Shown here piece by piece: positions 1 through 8,744 of a stretch of 32,747 nucleotides of DNA; position 1 is the stretch's first letter; each line of letters starts with the position of its first letter. The notes under the pieces were generated by a model. It searched no databases. It was not told the DNA's origin and was given only the letters and a program-made list of their open reading frames with translations. The translations under genes and the position numbers were made by a program. Source of the DNA: Candidatus Micrarchaeota archaeon (GTDB taxonomy: Archaea; Micrarchaeota; Micrarchaeia; Norongarragalinales; SBBD01); contig JBDRLB010000019.1 of assembly GCA_043813365.1 (NCBI GenBank), forward strand, positions 1-32,747. Reading direction: 5' to 3'.

Positions 1-47
1 GGGAGCTAAACTTCACATGCTTCAATTATGCAGTTTGTTGATCCTCC

Positions 48-1118
48 ATGGTTAAATGCTTCAAATGCTCCAAAACAGCGAAAGTGCGCCTGAAATACAA
101 CAAGATGGATTTATGCGAGAACTGCTTCTGCGACCAATTTGAAAACAGGGTAAGGCAGGCAAACAAGGAGTTCAAGCTCATTAAATTAAACCAGAAAATC
201 GGGGTTGGGCTTTCGGGAGGGAAGGATTCAAGCGCAATGCTTTACGTGCTGAATCGGATGGTAAAGAAGGTCCACGGGACCACTTTGGTCCCCATCCTGA
301 TCGATGAAGGGATTGAGGCGCACAGGCTGGATGCGATCGCAAAAGCAAAGGAGTTATGCAATAAGCTGGGGTTGCATTTGCATATTTTCTCTCTCAAAGA
401 CCTCTACGGCATAACGATGGATGAAGTGGTTCAGCTGAAGCAAAACATGAAGGACGCGAACCTCCAGAGGAATTGCACATATTGCGGCGTATTCAGGAAA
501 TCACTGCTGAACAAAACGGCATTGGAGCTCGGATGCGATTCACTCGCGATAGGGCATAACGCGGATGACATTGCACAGACCTTCCTCATGAATATGCTCC
601 ATAATGAGCCGGAGAGGATGAAGCGATTTGATGTGATCAATGATGAAACAGAAGGGTTTATCCCGAGGATCAAGCCGCTCATCTATAATCCGGAGGAAGA
701 GTGTTCACTATACTGCAAATTCAGGAAAATCCCCCATTACAAATGCGGCTGCCCCCATGCAGGCGAGAGTTTCAGGCTGGAAATCAAGTTGTTCCTGAAC
801 GATCTCGAAAGGAAATTCCCCGGAGTTAAGTTCAATTTGCTCCGTTCCTATTTGGCAATGAATGCTGAATTGCGGAAATTGAAGGAATTTGAGGCGGAAT
901 ACGGCAAAATTAGCAAACCAAATTCAATTGAACGGACAATACTCAGATGCAAGCGATGCGGCCAGAACACCTCCACCAATGTATGCAAAGCGTGCACTTT
1001 CAGGGAGAAGATTTTGGGGATAAAGGAAAAGTTTGCAAAAACCGGAAAAAAGATGAAACCGCTTGATTATGATAAGCTGCTGGAGTCCTCCACTGCAAGG
1101 GGAATGTGCTTCGGCTGA
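48..1118 (+). CDS. tRNA 2-thiolation enzyme, NcsA/TtuA/Ctu1 family (PP-loop ATPase)
   Basis: N-terminal CxxC...CxxC zinc finger, PP-loop SGGKDS, central CxxC (CTYCG), GHNADD, CP motif, and C-terminal CxxC...CxxC. Confidence 0.9.
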   Translation: MVKCFKCSKTAKVRLKYNKMDLCENCFCDQFENRVRQANKEFKLIKLNQKIGVGLSGGKDSSAMLYVLNRMVKKVHGTTLVPILIDEGIEAHRLDAIAKAKELCNKLGLHLHIFSLKDLYGITMDEVVQLKQNMKDANLQRNCTYCGVFRKSLLNKTALELGCDSLAIGHNADDIAQTFLMNMLHNEPERMKRFDVINDETEGFIPRIKPLIYNPEEECSLYCKFRKIPHYKCGCPHAGESFRLEIKLFLNDLERKFPGVKFNLLRSYLAMNAELRKLKEFEAEYGKISKPNSIERTILRCKRCGQNTSTNVCKACTFREKILGIKEKFAKTGKKMKPLDYDKLLESSTARGMCFG

Positions 1119-1152
1119 AATGTTTTTAAATTAAATATAACAACTACATCTC

Positions 1153-1875
1153 ATGCCCAAAAACCCGCCGATGCCTAGAGACCTTACAATGGAAATTTAC
1201 CACTATATCGATAAATTCGTTTCAGACCACGGATGGCAAAGGAGCCTCAGCACCCCCTTCGTCGTTGGCCAATATTCCCAGATTTTGGAGCATATGCTTG
1301 TCCATTATGGGCTCGAACCTGAGGGAGGAATGACCATCGCAGGCTCCATCCGAAAACTCGTCAAAAACAGGCGGATTGCTGAACTCGGTTGCAGGGAAGG
1401 CGGCTTTTTGAAGTTCCTCGAAATGCATGGCGCAATAATAGCCGGGTCGACCGGAGAGCATTACATTGAAAGAACGAGGAAATTTTTAGGGGAAAAAACA
1501 CCCCTGGCAATTGCCCAAATGGAAAATGCAGGCGAAAGCGAGGTACTTAGGCAATTCCGGCCAGATATTATTTTTTCATACCATTTCTTCCATCCAAACA
1601 GGTGGAAGAAGTTGCCATTAAATCAGCAAGAACGGTACCCCGCAAACGTCTTCTTCAGGGCCGTTAGCCAAATTGCTACGCCGGGCACCCAGGTATTCGT
1701 ATACCCGTCGGGAGGGAGCAATGCACATTCCTGGAGCCATAACCTTACGGAAGAGGGGTTGAAAAAAAACGGCATCACGGAATTCGAATGGAGGAATCGG
1801 AGGATTCGGGGGATGGATGATACGGTCAGGATAGAATGGGGAAAGGCAAAAATGGCTGAAGGGCACGAAAAATAA
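1153..1875 (+). CDS. Hypothetical protein with class I SAM-methyltransferase-like motif
   Basis: 240 aa ORF behind an AT-rich TTTAAATTAAATA box; IAELGCREGGFL resembles SAM-binding motif I; PDIIFS resembles a later methyltransferase strand. Confidence 0.55.
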   Translation: MPKNPPMPRDLTMEIYHYIDKFVSDHGWQRSLSTPFVVGQYSQILEHMLVHYGLEPEGGMTIAGSIRKLVKNRRIAELGCREGGFLKFLEMHGAIIAGSTGEHYIERTRKFLGEKTPLAIAQMENAGESEVLRQFRPDIIFSYHFFHPNRWKKLPLNQQERYPANVFFRAVSQIATPGTQVFVYPSGGSNAHSWSHNLTEEGLKKNGITEFEWRNRRIRGMDDTVRIEWGKAKMAEGHEK

Positions 1876-1887
1876 ATTTTCATAATA

Positions 1888-1901
1888 GCCCGCAGGCGGG
1901 C
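1888..1901. other. GC hairpin between the ORF and the tRNA-Val promoter
   Basis: Perfect inverted repeat GCCCGC-AG-GCGGGC; function unknown. Confidence 0.3.
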
Positions 1902-1973
1902 CCCATTTCGGCATGCCCAGCCAAAAAAATACGGTTAAATATGTAATCTTCCAAAAGAATACCTCCCCCACGG

Positions 1974-2101
1974 GGGCCCGTAGTCGAGTGGTAAGACGTC
2001 AGTTTCACACAGACCTTTTTCTTTAGAAAAGAAAAAGCTCTACCAAAAAGAAAACGCGTCGTGAAAACTGAAGAACCGGAGTCCGATTCTCCGCGGGCCC
2101 A
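1974..2101 (+). tRNA. tRNA-Val(CAC) with one 56-nt intron (2011-2066, position 38/39)
   Basis: Acceptor GGGCCCG/CGGGCCC+A, D stem GTC/GAC, anticodon stem TCAGT/ACTGA, spliced loop TTCACAC, T stem CGGAG/CTCCG. Splice motif TCAC[AC|A]GAC...GTC GTGA[AA|A]. Confidence 0.9.
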
Positions 2102-2109
2102 TTGATTGC

Positions 2110-2709
2110 ATGCAAGTACCAGGGCCCAGATTGCTCCAAAAGAACATGGGGGAATTCAAAAGGGCAGTCGAGAAGTCTAATGGCAGAGTTTTGGTAGTCA
2201 TGCATCCTGGATTTGATCCGGGCATCTATTGGCATTCTCCGGAATACAATAGCTTTCCCCAGCGTTTGGATGGACTGGTAAAAAAATCAAAAATTCCGGT
2301 AGTTGTCTTTGAAATAAGACCTGGTTTGAAAAATGCCTTGCAACGTTTTGGGAGAAAAAGGAATCATTTCTTCATAGAAACGCCAGGAAACCATGTGCGT
2401 GCAAATCCTAAACCGAGCATGGGCTGGAGGAAGGCCCATGAGCTTTTCCGAGGGGCAAATGTCCGCTATGTTGCAATTGCCGGATTGCTTGCGGTAAAAC
2501 ACCACCCCCCAAAGAAAATAGAAGAATAAGTAAAAAAAGAGGGGTTGAATGTAACCGACCATGTAGTGGAGGGATGTGTGGGAATCGCATACCGGAAATT
2601 CATAGGAGCAAAATTCAAAACCCGCATCGTCCCGAACATGGTTTATCCGCATAAACCGTCATTCGCGCCCAGAGTAATAAAACCGGGCAGAAAAAAAACC
2701 GCATTTTGA
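2110..2709 (+). pseudogene. Isochorismatase-like hypothetical gene interrupted by an in-frame TAA at 2527-2529
   Basis: The frame stays open for 59 further codons after the stop (VKKEGLNVTDHVVEGCVGIAYRKF...TAF*). The segments VLVVMHP, VAIAG and GCV resemble the cysteine-hydrolase motif order and span the stop. Confidence 0.55.
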
Positions 2710-2766
2710 CCCAATAGGAATAATTAAAACTTGCATCAGGCTTAATTTTACCTTCAAGACGATTTT

Positions 2767-3984
2767 ATGAGCCAGCAAAGCAAGGAGATGTACGAGTTCA
2801 AGAAGCAGCTTAAGAAATTGGCTGAATTCCAGGGGAAGGGAACCGAGATGATCTCCCTGTATATCGGGCCGAACATGCAGGTTTCGGATTTCACAGCGAA
2901 GCTCCGGGATGAGTTCGGGCAGGCAAGCAACATCAAGAGCAAATCAACGCAGAAGAACGTGCAGGGCGCAATCGAGCGGGTTATGCAATACCTGAAAACG
3001 CTTTCGCACAAGGCGCCTGCAAGCGGGATCGCGATTTTCTGCGGCAACGTTTCCGAAAGGGAGGGGCAGAGCGACATCCAGCTTTTTTCCGTTTTCCCCC
3101 CTCAGCCCTTGAACACTTCCTTCTACAGGTGCGAATCAACATTCCAGATTGAGCCGCTGGTGGAGATGCTGGAGAAGATCGGCTCATATGGGTTGGTGGT
3201 TTTGGACGGGAAGGAGGCGACAGTTGCAATCCTGAAGGGGAAATCTTTCAAAATAATCCGCACATTGACCTCGACAGCGCACCAGAAAGTTATGAAGGGA
3301 GGGCAGTCCGCCGCAAGGTACCAGAGGATCCATGAGGAGGTAGTTGAAGTTTATTACAAGCGGATAGGAGAGGCGATGGACGCGTTCTTGCAGCTGAATA
3401 ACTTCAAGGGCGTGATTGTCGGCGGCCCTGGCCCGGCAAAGGAGGATTTCATGAAGCTTAAGCCCTACAATTACCAGCTGAAGGTGCTCGGGGTTGTTGA
3501 TACGGGTTATACTGATGAAACGGGAATACGCGAGCTGCTTGAAAAGGCAGGCGACATCATCGAGGAGCAGGAAGCGATAAAGGAGAAGAAGCTGCTGAAT
3601 GATTTCATGAAAGCCGTAGCAACGGATGGGCTTGTGACCTACGGCTATATGGAAATAAAAAACGCGTTGGAAAAAAACCAAATCTCGAAACTGCTTGTTT
3701 CCGAGGGTTTGGAGCTCCATGCACTCAAAATCAAATGCTTCCAATGCGGCAACGAGGAGGAGAAAATCTCCGAATTGAAAGTAGAGAAGCTTGAGGAGGA
3801 GGCAATTTGCAGCAAATGCAATTCAAAAGGCAAAACTACTGAAACAAAGGACCTTCTGGAAGAGCTGCAGGACATTGCCGCTGCAAAAGGAGTTGAGATT
3901 GAGATGATTTCGCAGGAAACGGCTGAGGGCGACCAATTCTTCGGCACATTCCATGGCTTGGGAGCGTTTTTAAGGTACAAATAA
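2767..3984 (+). CDS. prf1: Archaeal peptide chain release factor 1 (aRF1/eRF1)
   Basis: NIKS motif, YxCxxxF (YRCESTF), GGQSAARY, GGPG, and a zinc-ribbon minidomain CxxC...CxxC. Confidence 0.98.
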   Translation: MSQQSKEMYEFKKQLKKLAEFQGKGTEMISLYIGPNMQVSDFTAKLRDEFGQASNIKSKSTQKNVQGAIERVMQYLKTLSHKAPASGIAIFCGNVSEREGQSDIQLFSVFPPQPLNTSFYRCESTFQIEPLVEMLEKIGSYGLVVLDGKEATVAILKGKSFKIIRTLTSTAHQKVMKGGQSAARYQRIHEEVVEVYYKRIGEAMDAFLQLNNFKGVIVGGPGPAKEDFMKLKPYNYQLKVLGVVDTGYTDETGIRELLEKAGDIIEEQEAIKEKKLLNDFMKAVATDGLVTYGYMEIKNALEKNQISKLLVSEGLELHALKIKCFQCGNEEEKISELKVEKLEEEAICSKCNSKGKTTETKDLLEELQDIAAAKGVEIEMISQETAEGDQFFGTFHGLGAFLRYK

Positions 3985-4085
3985 CGTCATCAAGCTTGCG
4001 GCATAATCCTTTTTTTTAGCGATTATAGAAGTCTTTTTAAGCAACAAATTGCATCAATATTATAATAATTTCAGAGGTGTTATAT

Positions 4086-4616
4086 ATGCCTGAGGAACCG
4101 ATTATCAACGACCTTAAGGAGGTTGAGGCAAAAAAAATATTTGAAAAACATCGGCTCGACATTGTTACCGCTGCAAGAGCGCATGCCATCAAAACATCTG
4201 GTCCGGAAAGCGAATCTCGCAACTTTGAATTTCTCAAATCGACCTTGTTCGAGTTGGGGCATAAGGCATTCAAAATGGGTACATCAAAAGACAAGGCACA
4301 CTACATGCACAATGAGGGTTTTGGTGCATTATCGGAAAGGCGTCGTGGAAGTCCCGACAGGAGGGATACTGAACTAATATATTCGCGGCGGGAAAGGATG
4401 AAAGCCGAAAAAACCCAGGATGAAAAATTTGTTGAAGAAACAATTGGCAAAATTGTAAAGACTATTATCGATAGGTCTGACTGGAGTAGAGGATTGCATG
4501 AAAACAAAAAAGGCCACTTATCGGAAGACCAAGAGAATCTCGTTATCAGATTTGTCAAGCGGATGCACAATCTTGGGCCCACTTTGCAGCCGGCGACAGG
4601 AATATCGAAGTGTTGA
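4086..4616 (+). CDS. Hypothetical charged protein
   Basis: ORF with GAGGTG Shine-Dalgarno before the ATG at 4086; no recognised motif. Confidence 0.55.
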   Translation: MPEEPIINDLKEVEAKKIFEKHRLDIVTAARAHAIKTSGPESESRNFEFLKSTLFELGHKAFKMGTSKDKAHYMHNEGFGALSERRRGSPDRRDTELIYSRRERMKAEKTQDEKFVEETIGKIVKTIIDRSDWSRGLHENKKGHLSEDQENLVIRFVKRMHNLGPTLQPATGISKC

Positions 4617-4680
4617 AAAGGAAGACCAGAGATTACGCGAGTTTCGCACGATAGGATTTTCCATTATAGGGGCCTGCCAT

Positions 4681-5499
4681 ATGGACCAGCTATTCCTTCT
4701 TAAACTAATTCTCGCATTCATCTCAGGCGCAGTGGTTGTGACGCTTACAACTGTGATTTCGGAAAGAATCAGCACAAAATACGGAGGGATATTCGCGGCG
4801 ATGCCGAATACGATGGTCATCACTACGATTTTCATCGCGTGGACTCAAAATGTGCAGGCTGCGGTTGAGGCGACAACCTCGGCGCCAATTGGAATCATGG
4901 GGCTGTTTTGCTTTTACATCACATACTTTTACTCAAGTATGAAATGGCCAAAATCGTATTTGAAACCAATAGCAATGGCGCTAATTGCGTGGTTCATTGT
5001 AGCAATTATTGGAAGCACGATAAGGCTCGATTGGTCATTTTCCGCAATCGGAGTCGCATTATTTTCAATTCCCGCTTTTTACATTCTTTATAGGCAAAAA
5101 CCCAACCCTCAGATGAGAAAGGAAAGGGCAACAATAAAGGAGTTGATGATCAGGGGCATTTTTTCCGGCACAGTTGTTGCGGTTGGAGTCATCATCGCCA
5201 AATATTTGAGCATTTATTTCGGAGGGACAATGGCCGCATTCCCGGCCGTACTTACTAGCGCTTTCGCTATTTTGCATTACAAATACGGATCAGCATATGT
5301 GAGGGAATTCCTGCGCACGGTTCCTTTCGGCACACTTTCGCTATTCGTTTTCGCATATTCGGCGAATCAGCTATTTCTTGTTGTAGGGATGGTCTACGGA
5401 ATAATTATTGCACTCGCGTTCTCAATTGCATTTATAGCGGCCATGTATGAATTAGCCAAGGGTAAGGCATTCAGCGGGCACATTGGGAAGAATCAGTAA
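4681..5499 (+). CDS. Multi-pass membrane protein with two related halves (DUF3147-like)
   Basis: About 8-9 hydrophobic helices. Repeated pattern SG.VV......S/A......GG..AA.P in both halves. Start moved to ATG 4681 to avoid overlap with the upstream ORF. Confidence 0.7.
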   Translation: MDQLFLLKLILAFISGAVVVTLTTVISERISTKYGGIFAAMPNTMVITTIFIAWTQNVQAAVEATTSAPIGIMGLFCFYITYFYSSMKWPKSYLKPIAMALIAWFIVAIIGSTIRLDWSFSAIGVALFSIPAFYILYRQKPNPQMRKERATIKELMIRGIFSGTVVAVGVIIAKYLSIYFGGTMAAFPAVLTSAFAILHYKYGSAYVREFLRTVPFGTLSLFVFAYSANQLFLVVGMVYGIIIALAFSIAFIAAMYELAKGKAFSGHIGKNQ

Positions 5500-5837
5500 T
5501 CCAAGCTTCTGATTTTGATTTTCTGCTTCATGGGCGCCTGCATTTCCGCATATGCTTTGGAAAGCTTCAGGTCGAGCTCAATCAGGGCTTTTACTCTGGG
5601 ATTCTGCTTGTTCAGGCAATACATTTCCGCCCGTCCGATTGTGCGCGTTTTCCTTATGAGACCGGTTTCAGTGAGCTTGACCCAGATTTTTTCCATCGTG
5701 ATGCGGGAAATGCCTGTTTCAGCAGCCACTTGGGTTTTGCTGTAGTCGAAACCCGGGAACGTAAGGAAGAAATCAAGCGCCTTCATGTGCGGAGAATCAC
5801 CGAACGTTTCCAAAAATAAACTTTTTTTCGATTCCAA
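5493..5837 (-). CDS. Winged-helix DNA-binding protein
   Basis: FGDSP..KALDF, SKTQVAAETGISRITM (HTH), and wing TRTIGRAEMYCLN. TTG start at 5837 preceded by GGGTGGGG. Confidence 0.8.
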   Translation of the reverse strand: MESKKSLFLETFGDSPHMKALDFFLTFPGFDYSKTQVAAETGISRITMEKIWVKLTETGLIRKTRTIGRAEMYCLNKQNPRVKALIELDLKLSKAYAEMQAPMKQKIKIRSLDY

Positions 5838-5945
5838 ATCAACCCCACCCTTAAATCGGAATTTGTGCACGATTATTGCATTGAAAGAGGATGGATATTA
5901 TTGTTTATAAATAGTATACTTTTATTGCATATAATATATACATCG

Positions 5946-6230
5946 ATGAAGTCCATGGAAAATGATGAAATTGCCAATCATCTGCTGCTGAAACTTTATC
6001 GGCTCGGAGCATGGGGCACGAGGCATGTTTCCGAAAGCAACCTGCAGAAGGGCTTTCCTCCCGAAGCAAGGGGAAAATGGCTGCTTAGGATAGCGGAGGA
6101 TTTGAGGAAGCAGGGATTGCTGTTCAAACGCCCAAGTCATCATGAATACCAATGGAGCCTTGTTTGGGAGATGAAACCGGAAATCGAGCGGAGGATAGAG
6201 ATGATAGCCGGAGGGGAAAACCTAATTTAA
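5946..6230 (+). CDS. Small hypothetical protein, possibly winged-helix, divergent partner of the upstream regulator
   Basis: KLYRLGAWGTRH...NLQKGFP...LRKQGLLFKRP. ATG at 5946 or 5955 after an AT-rich TATA-like region. Confidence 0.65.
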   Translation: MKSMENDEIANHLLLKLYRLGAWGTRHVSESNLQKGFPPEARGKWLLRIAEDLRKQGLLFKRPSHHEYQWSLVWEMKPEIERRIEMIAGGENLI

Positions 6231-6307
6231 AATATCTTCCTCATAATCTATTCGATATGGAAATTCCTGCTGGGAAAACGATTAGGAACAATCAGGAGTA
6301 AGAAGAG

Positions 6308-6916
6308 ATGGTGACCTATAAACGTTTAACAAAGGAAGAATCGCCGCGACTTTCCCGGAGGATGCGGAAGGAGGAAACAGCAACGGAATGGGGGACAAAG
6401 CGTCTGGTCAAAGCCCATGAGTGGGCGATAAGGGAAAACAGCAAGCTCATTTTTCATTTGCGTCAAAATCAAGAGATCCTGAAAGAAGGGAAATATACCC
6501 TCAGGGGGTCGGAGTTCGCAAAAGAATGGGAAAGAATGAAGACCGATGGGAAAAAAGGCTTGTTGACGCCAATTAGCGTACTTATTGCTATGCTTCACCC
6601 CAATGTAATAACTGCAAATTTAGGCCTGATGGCCGGTTGGATAGGCTTGTACTATTCAAGGAACGCTGTACTCAAAGCCTATGGATTGAATCAACAACCA
6701 GCTCACTACTATGCCGAATTCAGATTGAATCGGCTGATGAGGAAGGACGCGCCCGAAGTGCGCCAAAGGAAAATTGGAAGCGCCATTAAGAACCTGGAAC
6801 TATTGAACGGGGCGCATGAAAAGAAAATTGCCGAATTGGAGGTGGGTAAGGCAAGCATTCCTGAAGGAAACTGGAGGGCAAGGCTCAAAAAGCTATTAAA
6901 AACAGCTCCTTCGTAA
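6308..6916 (+). CDS. Basic hypothetical protein with a central hydrophobic hairpin
   Basis: 202 aa, K/R-rich, hydrophobic segment LLTPISVLIAML...LGLMAGWIGLYY; ends 7 nt before priS. Confidence 0.6.
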   Translation: MVTYKRLTKEESPRLSRRMRKEETATEWGTKRLVKAHEWAIRENSKLIFHLRQNQEILKEGKYTLRGSEFAKEWERMKTDGKKGLLTPISVLIAMLHPNVITANLGLMAGWIGLYYSRNAVLKAYGLNQQPAHYYAEFRLNRLMRKDAPEVRQRKIGSAIKNLELLNGAHEKKIAELEVGKASIPEGNWRARLKKLLKTAPS

Positions 6917-6923
6917 CCGTTTC

Positions 6924-8063
6924 ATGGCAGAACAGTTCATGCAGAGCAGGGAGGCGCAGCTGGTTATGCGCAAATTCAGGGAATACTACTCCCACAGCTT
7001 AAGGCCGCCCTCTTCGCTTCATATGCGCGAATTCGGCTTCGGGTTCGAGAAGAAAATCGATTTCAGGCATAGGGCGTTCTCCTCGGATAACGAGCTGAAG
7101 GCGTTTTTCGAGAGGGAAACACCCCTATTCGCATCCTATTCAGCAGCATATTACCGCTACCCTGCTGCAACCCCGATGGAAAAGAAGGAGTATTTGGGAG
7201 CGGACTTGATTTTCGACCTGGATGCGAATGCGGAGCATGAGGGCCATAACAAGCTATTTTGCGCCTATTGTTTGGAGACTGTAAAACAGGATACCATCCG
7301 CTTAGTGGAGGATTTCCTCCTTGATGATTTCGGTTTCACGAAGGAGGAGGTGAAAATCAACTTCTCCGGCCAGAAGGGATACCATATCCATCTTGAAGAG
7401 AAAAAGTTCCGGGAACTGTCGCAGGAGGCAAGGAAACAGATGCTGAATTACATCAACGCTACTGATCTGGATATGGAAAGCATTTTGGTGAAGCAGCAGC
7501 TGGGGTATGGGAGGCATATCCTAAGGGGGCCAACTAAGGAGAGCAAGGGCTGGGCGAAAAAACTCTATATTAAAGCGATAGAATTCATCCGGGATGCGAA
7601 AGTGGAGGATTTGAGGCATTTTGGTTTGCGGAAGAAGGATTCGGAGGATGTTTTCGGAAGGAAGGAGTTCATAATAAGGAAGATGGCGGAAGGGAACTGG
7701 GACCTGCTGAAGGGTTTGGATACGCTCTGGGAGAACCTGCTGAAGGATACGGTTTCATTAAAGAGTGTTAATGTGGACAGGAACGTCACGTTCGACCTTG
7801 CGAGGCTGATAAGATTGCCGGATTCGCTTCATGGCGATACGGGTTATATCGCAAAATCACTGAAGTTGAATGAATTGAAAGAGTTCGACCCCACTAAGGA
7901 TGCGATAGCGTTCAAGGGAGAGAGGATGAGGATCCGGAACACTTCCTCAATTGAGTTCGAATTCGCCGGAGGGCATTACAATTTGAAGGAGCATGAGGAA
8001 ATTGACCTTCCGGAGGCGCTTGCGGTGCTGCTGCTTTGCAAGAGGCATGCGAAATTAGTATAA
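6924..8063 (+). CDS. priS: DNA primase catalytic (small) subunit
   Basis: REFGF, DLIFDLD catalytic motif, SGQKGYH, zinc knuckle CxxC, and D..VT.DL.RLIRLPDSLHG.TG. Confidence 0.97.
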   Translation: MAEQFMQSREAQLVMRKFREYYSHSLRPPSSLHMREFGFGFEKKIDFRHRAFSSDNELKAFFERETPLFASYSAAYYRYPAATPMEKKEYLGADLIFDLDANAEHEGHNKLFCAYCLETVKQDTIRLVEDFLLDDFGFTKEEVKINFSGQKGYHIHLEEKKFRELSQEARKQMLNYINATDLDMESILVKQQLGYGRHILRGPTKESKGWAKKLYIKAIEFIRDAKVEDLRHFGLRKKDSEDVFGRKEFIIRKMAEGNWDLLKGLDTLWENLLKDTVSLKSVNVDRNVTFDLARLIRLPDSLHGDTGYIAKSLKLNELKEFDPTKDAIAFKGERMRIRNTSSIEFEFAGGHYNLKEHEEIDLPEALAVLLLCKRHAKLV

Positions 8064-8069
8064 TCCGGC

Positions 8070-8717
8070 TTATTTCTTTTGCATTTTTATCCAATCGTCG
8101 TTGAACTTCTTTATCCCGGCATCAGTAAGGGGGTGCTTGAACATCTGTTTCAGTACTGCGAAGGGGATGGTTGCATAATCCGCGCCTGCTTTGGCGGCTT
8201 CCGTAACGTGGACGGGATGACGAATGGAGGCAGCAAGCACGAAAGTTTTAATTTGATAGTTGCGGTAAATTTGGACGATTTCGCGGACGAGTGACATTCC
8301 ATCCTGGTTAATATCGTCCAATCTTCCGACAAATGGGGAAACGAAATATGCGCCTGCGCGGGCTGCAAGGAGCGCCTGATTCACGGAAAATACGAGGGTG
8401 ACATTGCACCGGATTCCTTGCTTGGAAAGTTGGGAGCATGCTTTTATGCCTTCTTCCGTCATGGGCAATTTGATTACAACATTCTTATGCCATTTGGAAA
8501 TATCATGCGCCTCCTTTACCATTTCCTCCGCCTTAGTTGAAAGCACCTCGGCAGAAATCGGGCCGTCAATGAGGTTGCAGATTTCAATTATCCTCTGCTT
8601 GAAATCCCCGCCTTCCTTTGCAACAAGGGAGGGATTGGTGGTGACGCCGGCAATAATCCCCCAGCTTGCAGCTTCACGGATTTCATCGATGTTCGCGGTA
8701 TCTACTATTAGTTTCAT
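8070..8717 (-). CDS. tal: Transaldolase (short TalC/MipB family)
   Basis: [14 protein letters not shown] (catalytic Glu), VVIKLP (Schiff-base Lys), NVTLVFS, SPFVGR (Phe), ASIRHP, HPLTDAG. Confidence 0.95.
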   Translation of the reverse strand: MKLIVDTANIDEIREAASWGIIAGVTTNPSLVAKEGGDFKQRIIEICNLIDGPISAEVLSTKAEEMVKEAHDISKWHKNVVIKLPMTEEGIKACSQLSKQGIRCNVTLVFSVNQALLAARAGAYFVSPFVGRLDDINQDGMSLVREIVQIYRNYQIKTFVLAASIRHPVHVTEAAKAGADYATIPFAVLKQMFKHPLTDAGIKKFNDDWIKMQKK

Positions 8718-8744
8718 ATCATACCCACCTTAACGAAATGGAAT

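Noticed and set aside
4498..4680. N-terminal extensions given by the ORF track (also for the serpin, cupin and wHTH genes)
   Set aside because: The extensions overlap neighbouring genes or promoters, and most of the downstream starts have better Shine-Dalgarno or signal-peptide context.
2527..6301. TAA reassigned to a sense codon, suggested by two in-frame TAAs
   Set aside because: prf1, priS, tal and pheT all end at TAA at their expected lengths, and aRF1 has normal NIKS and YxCxxxF motifs.
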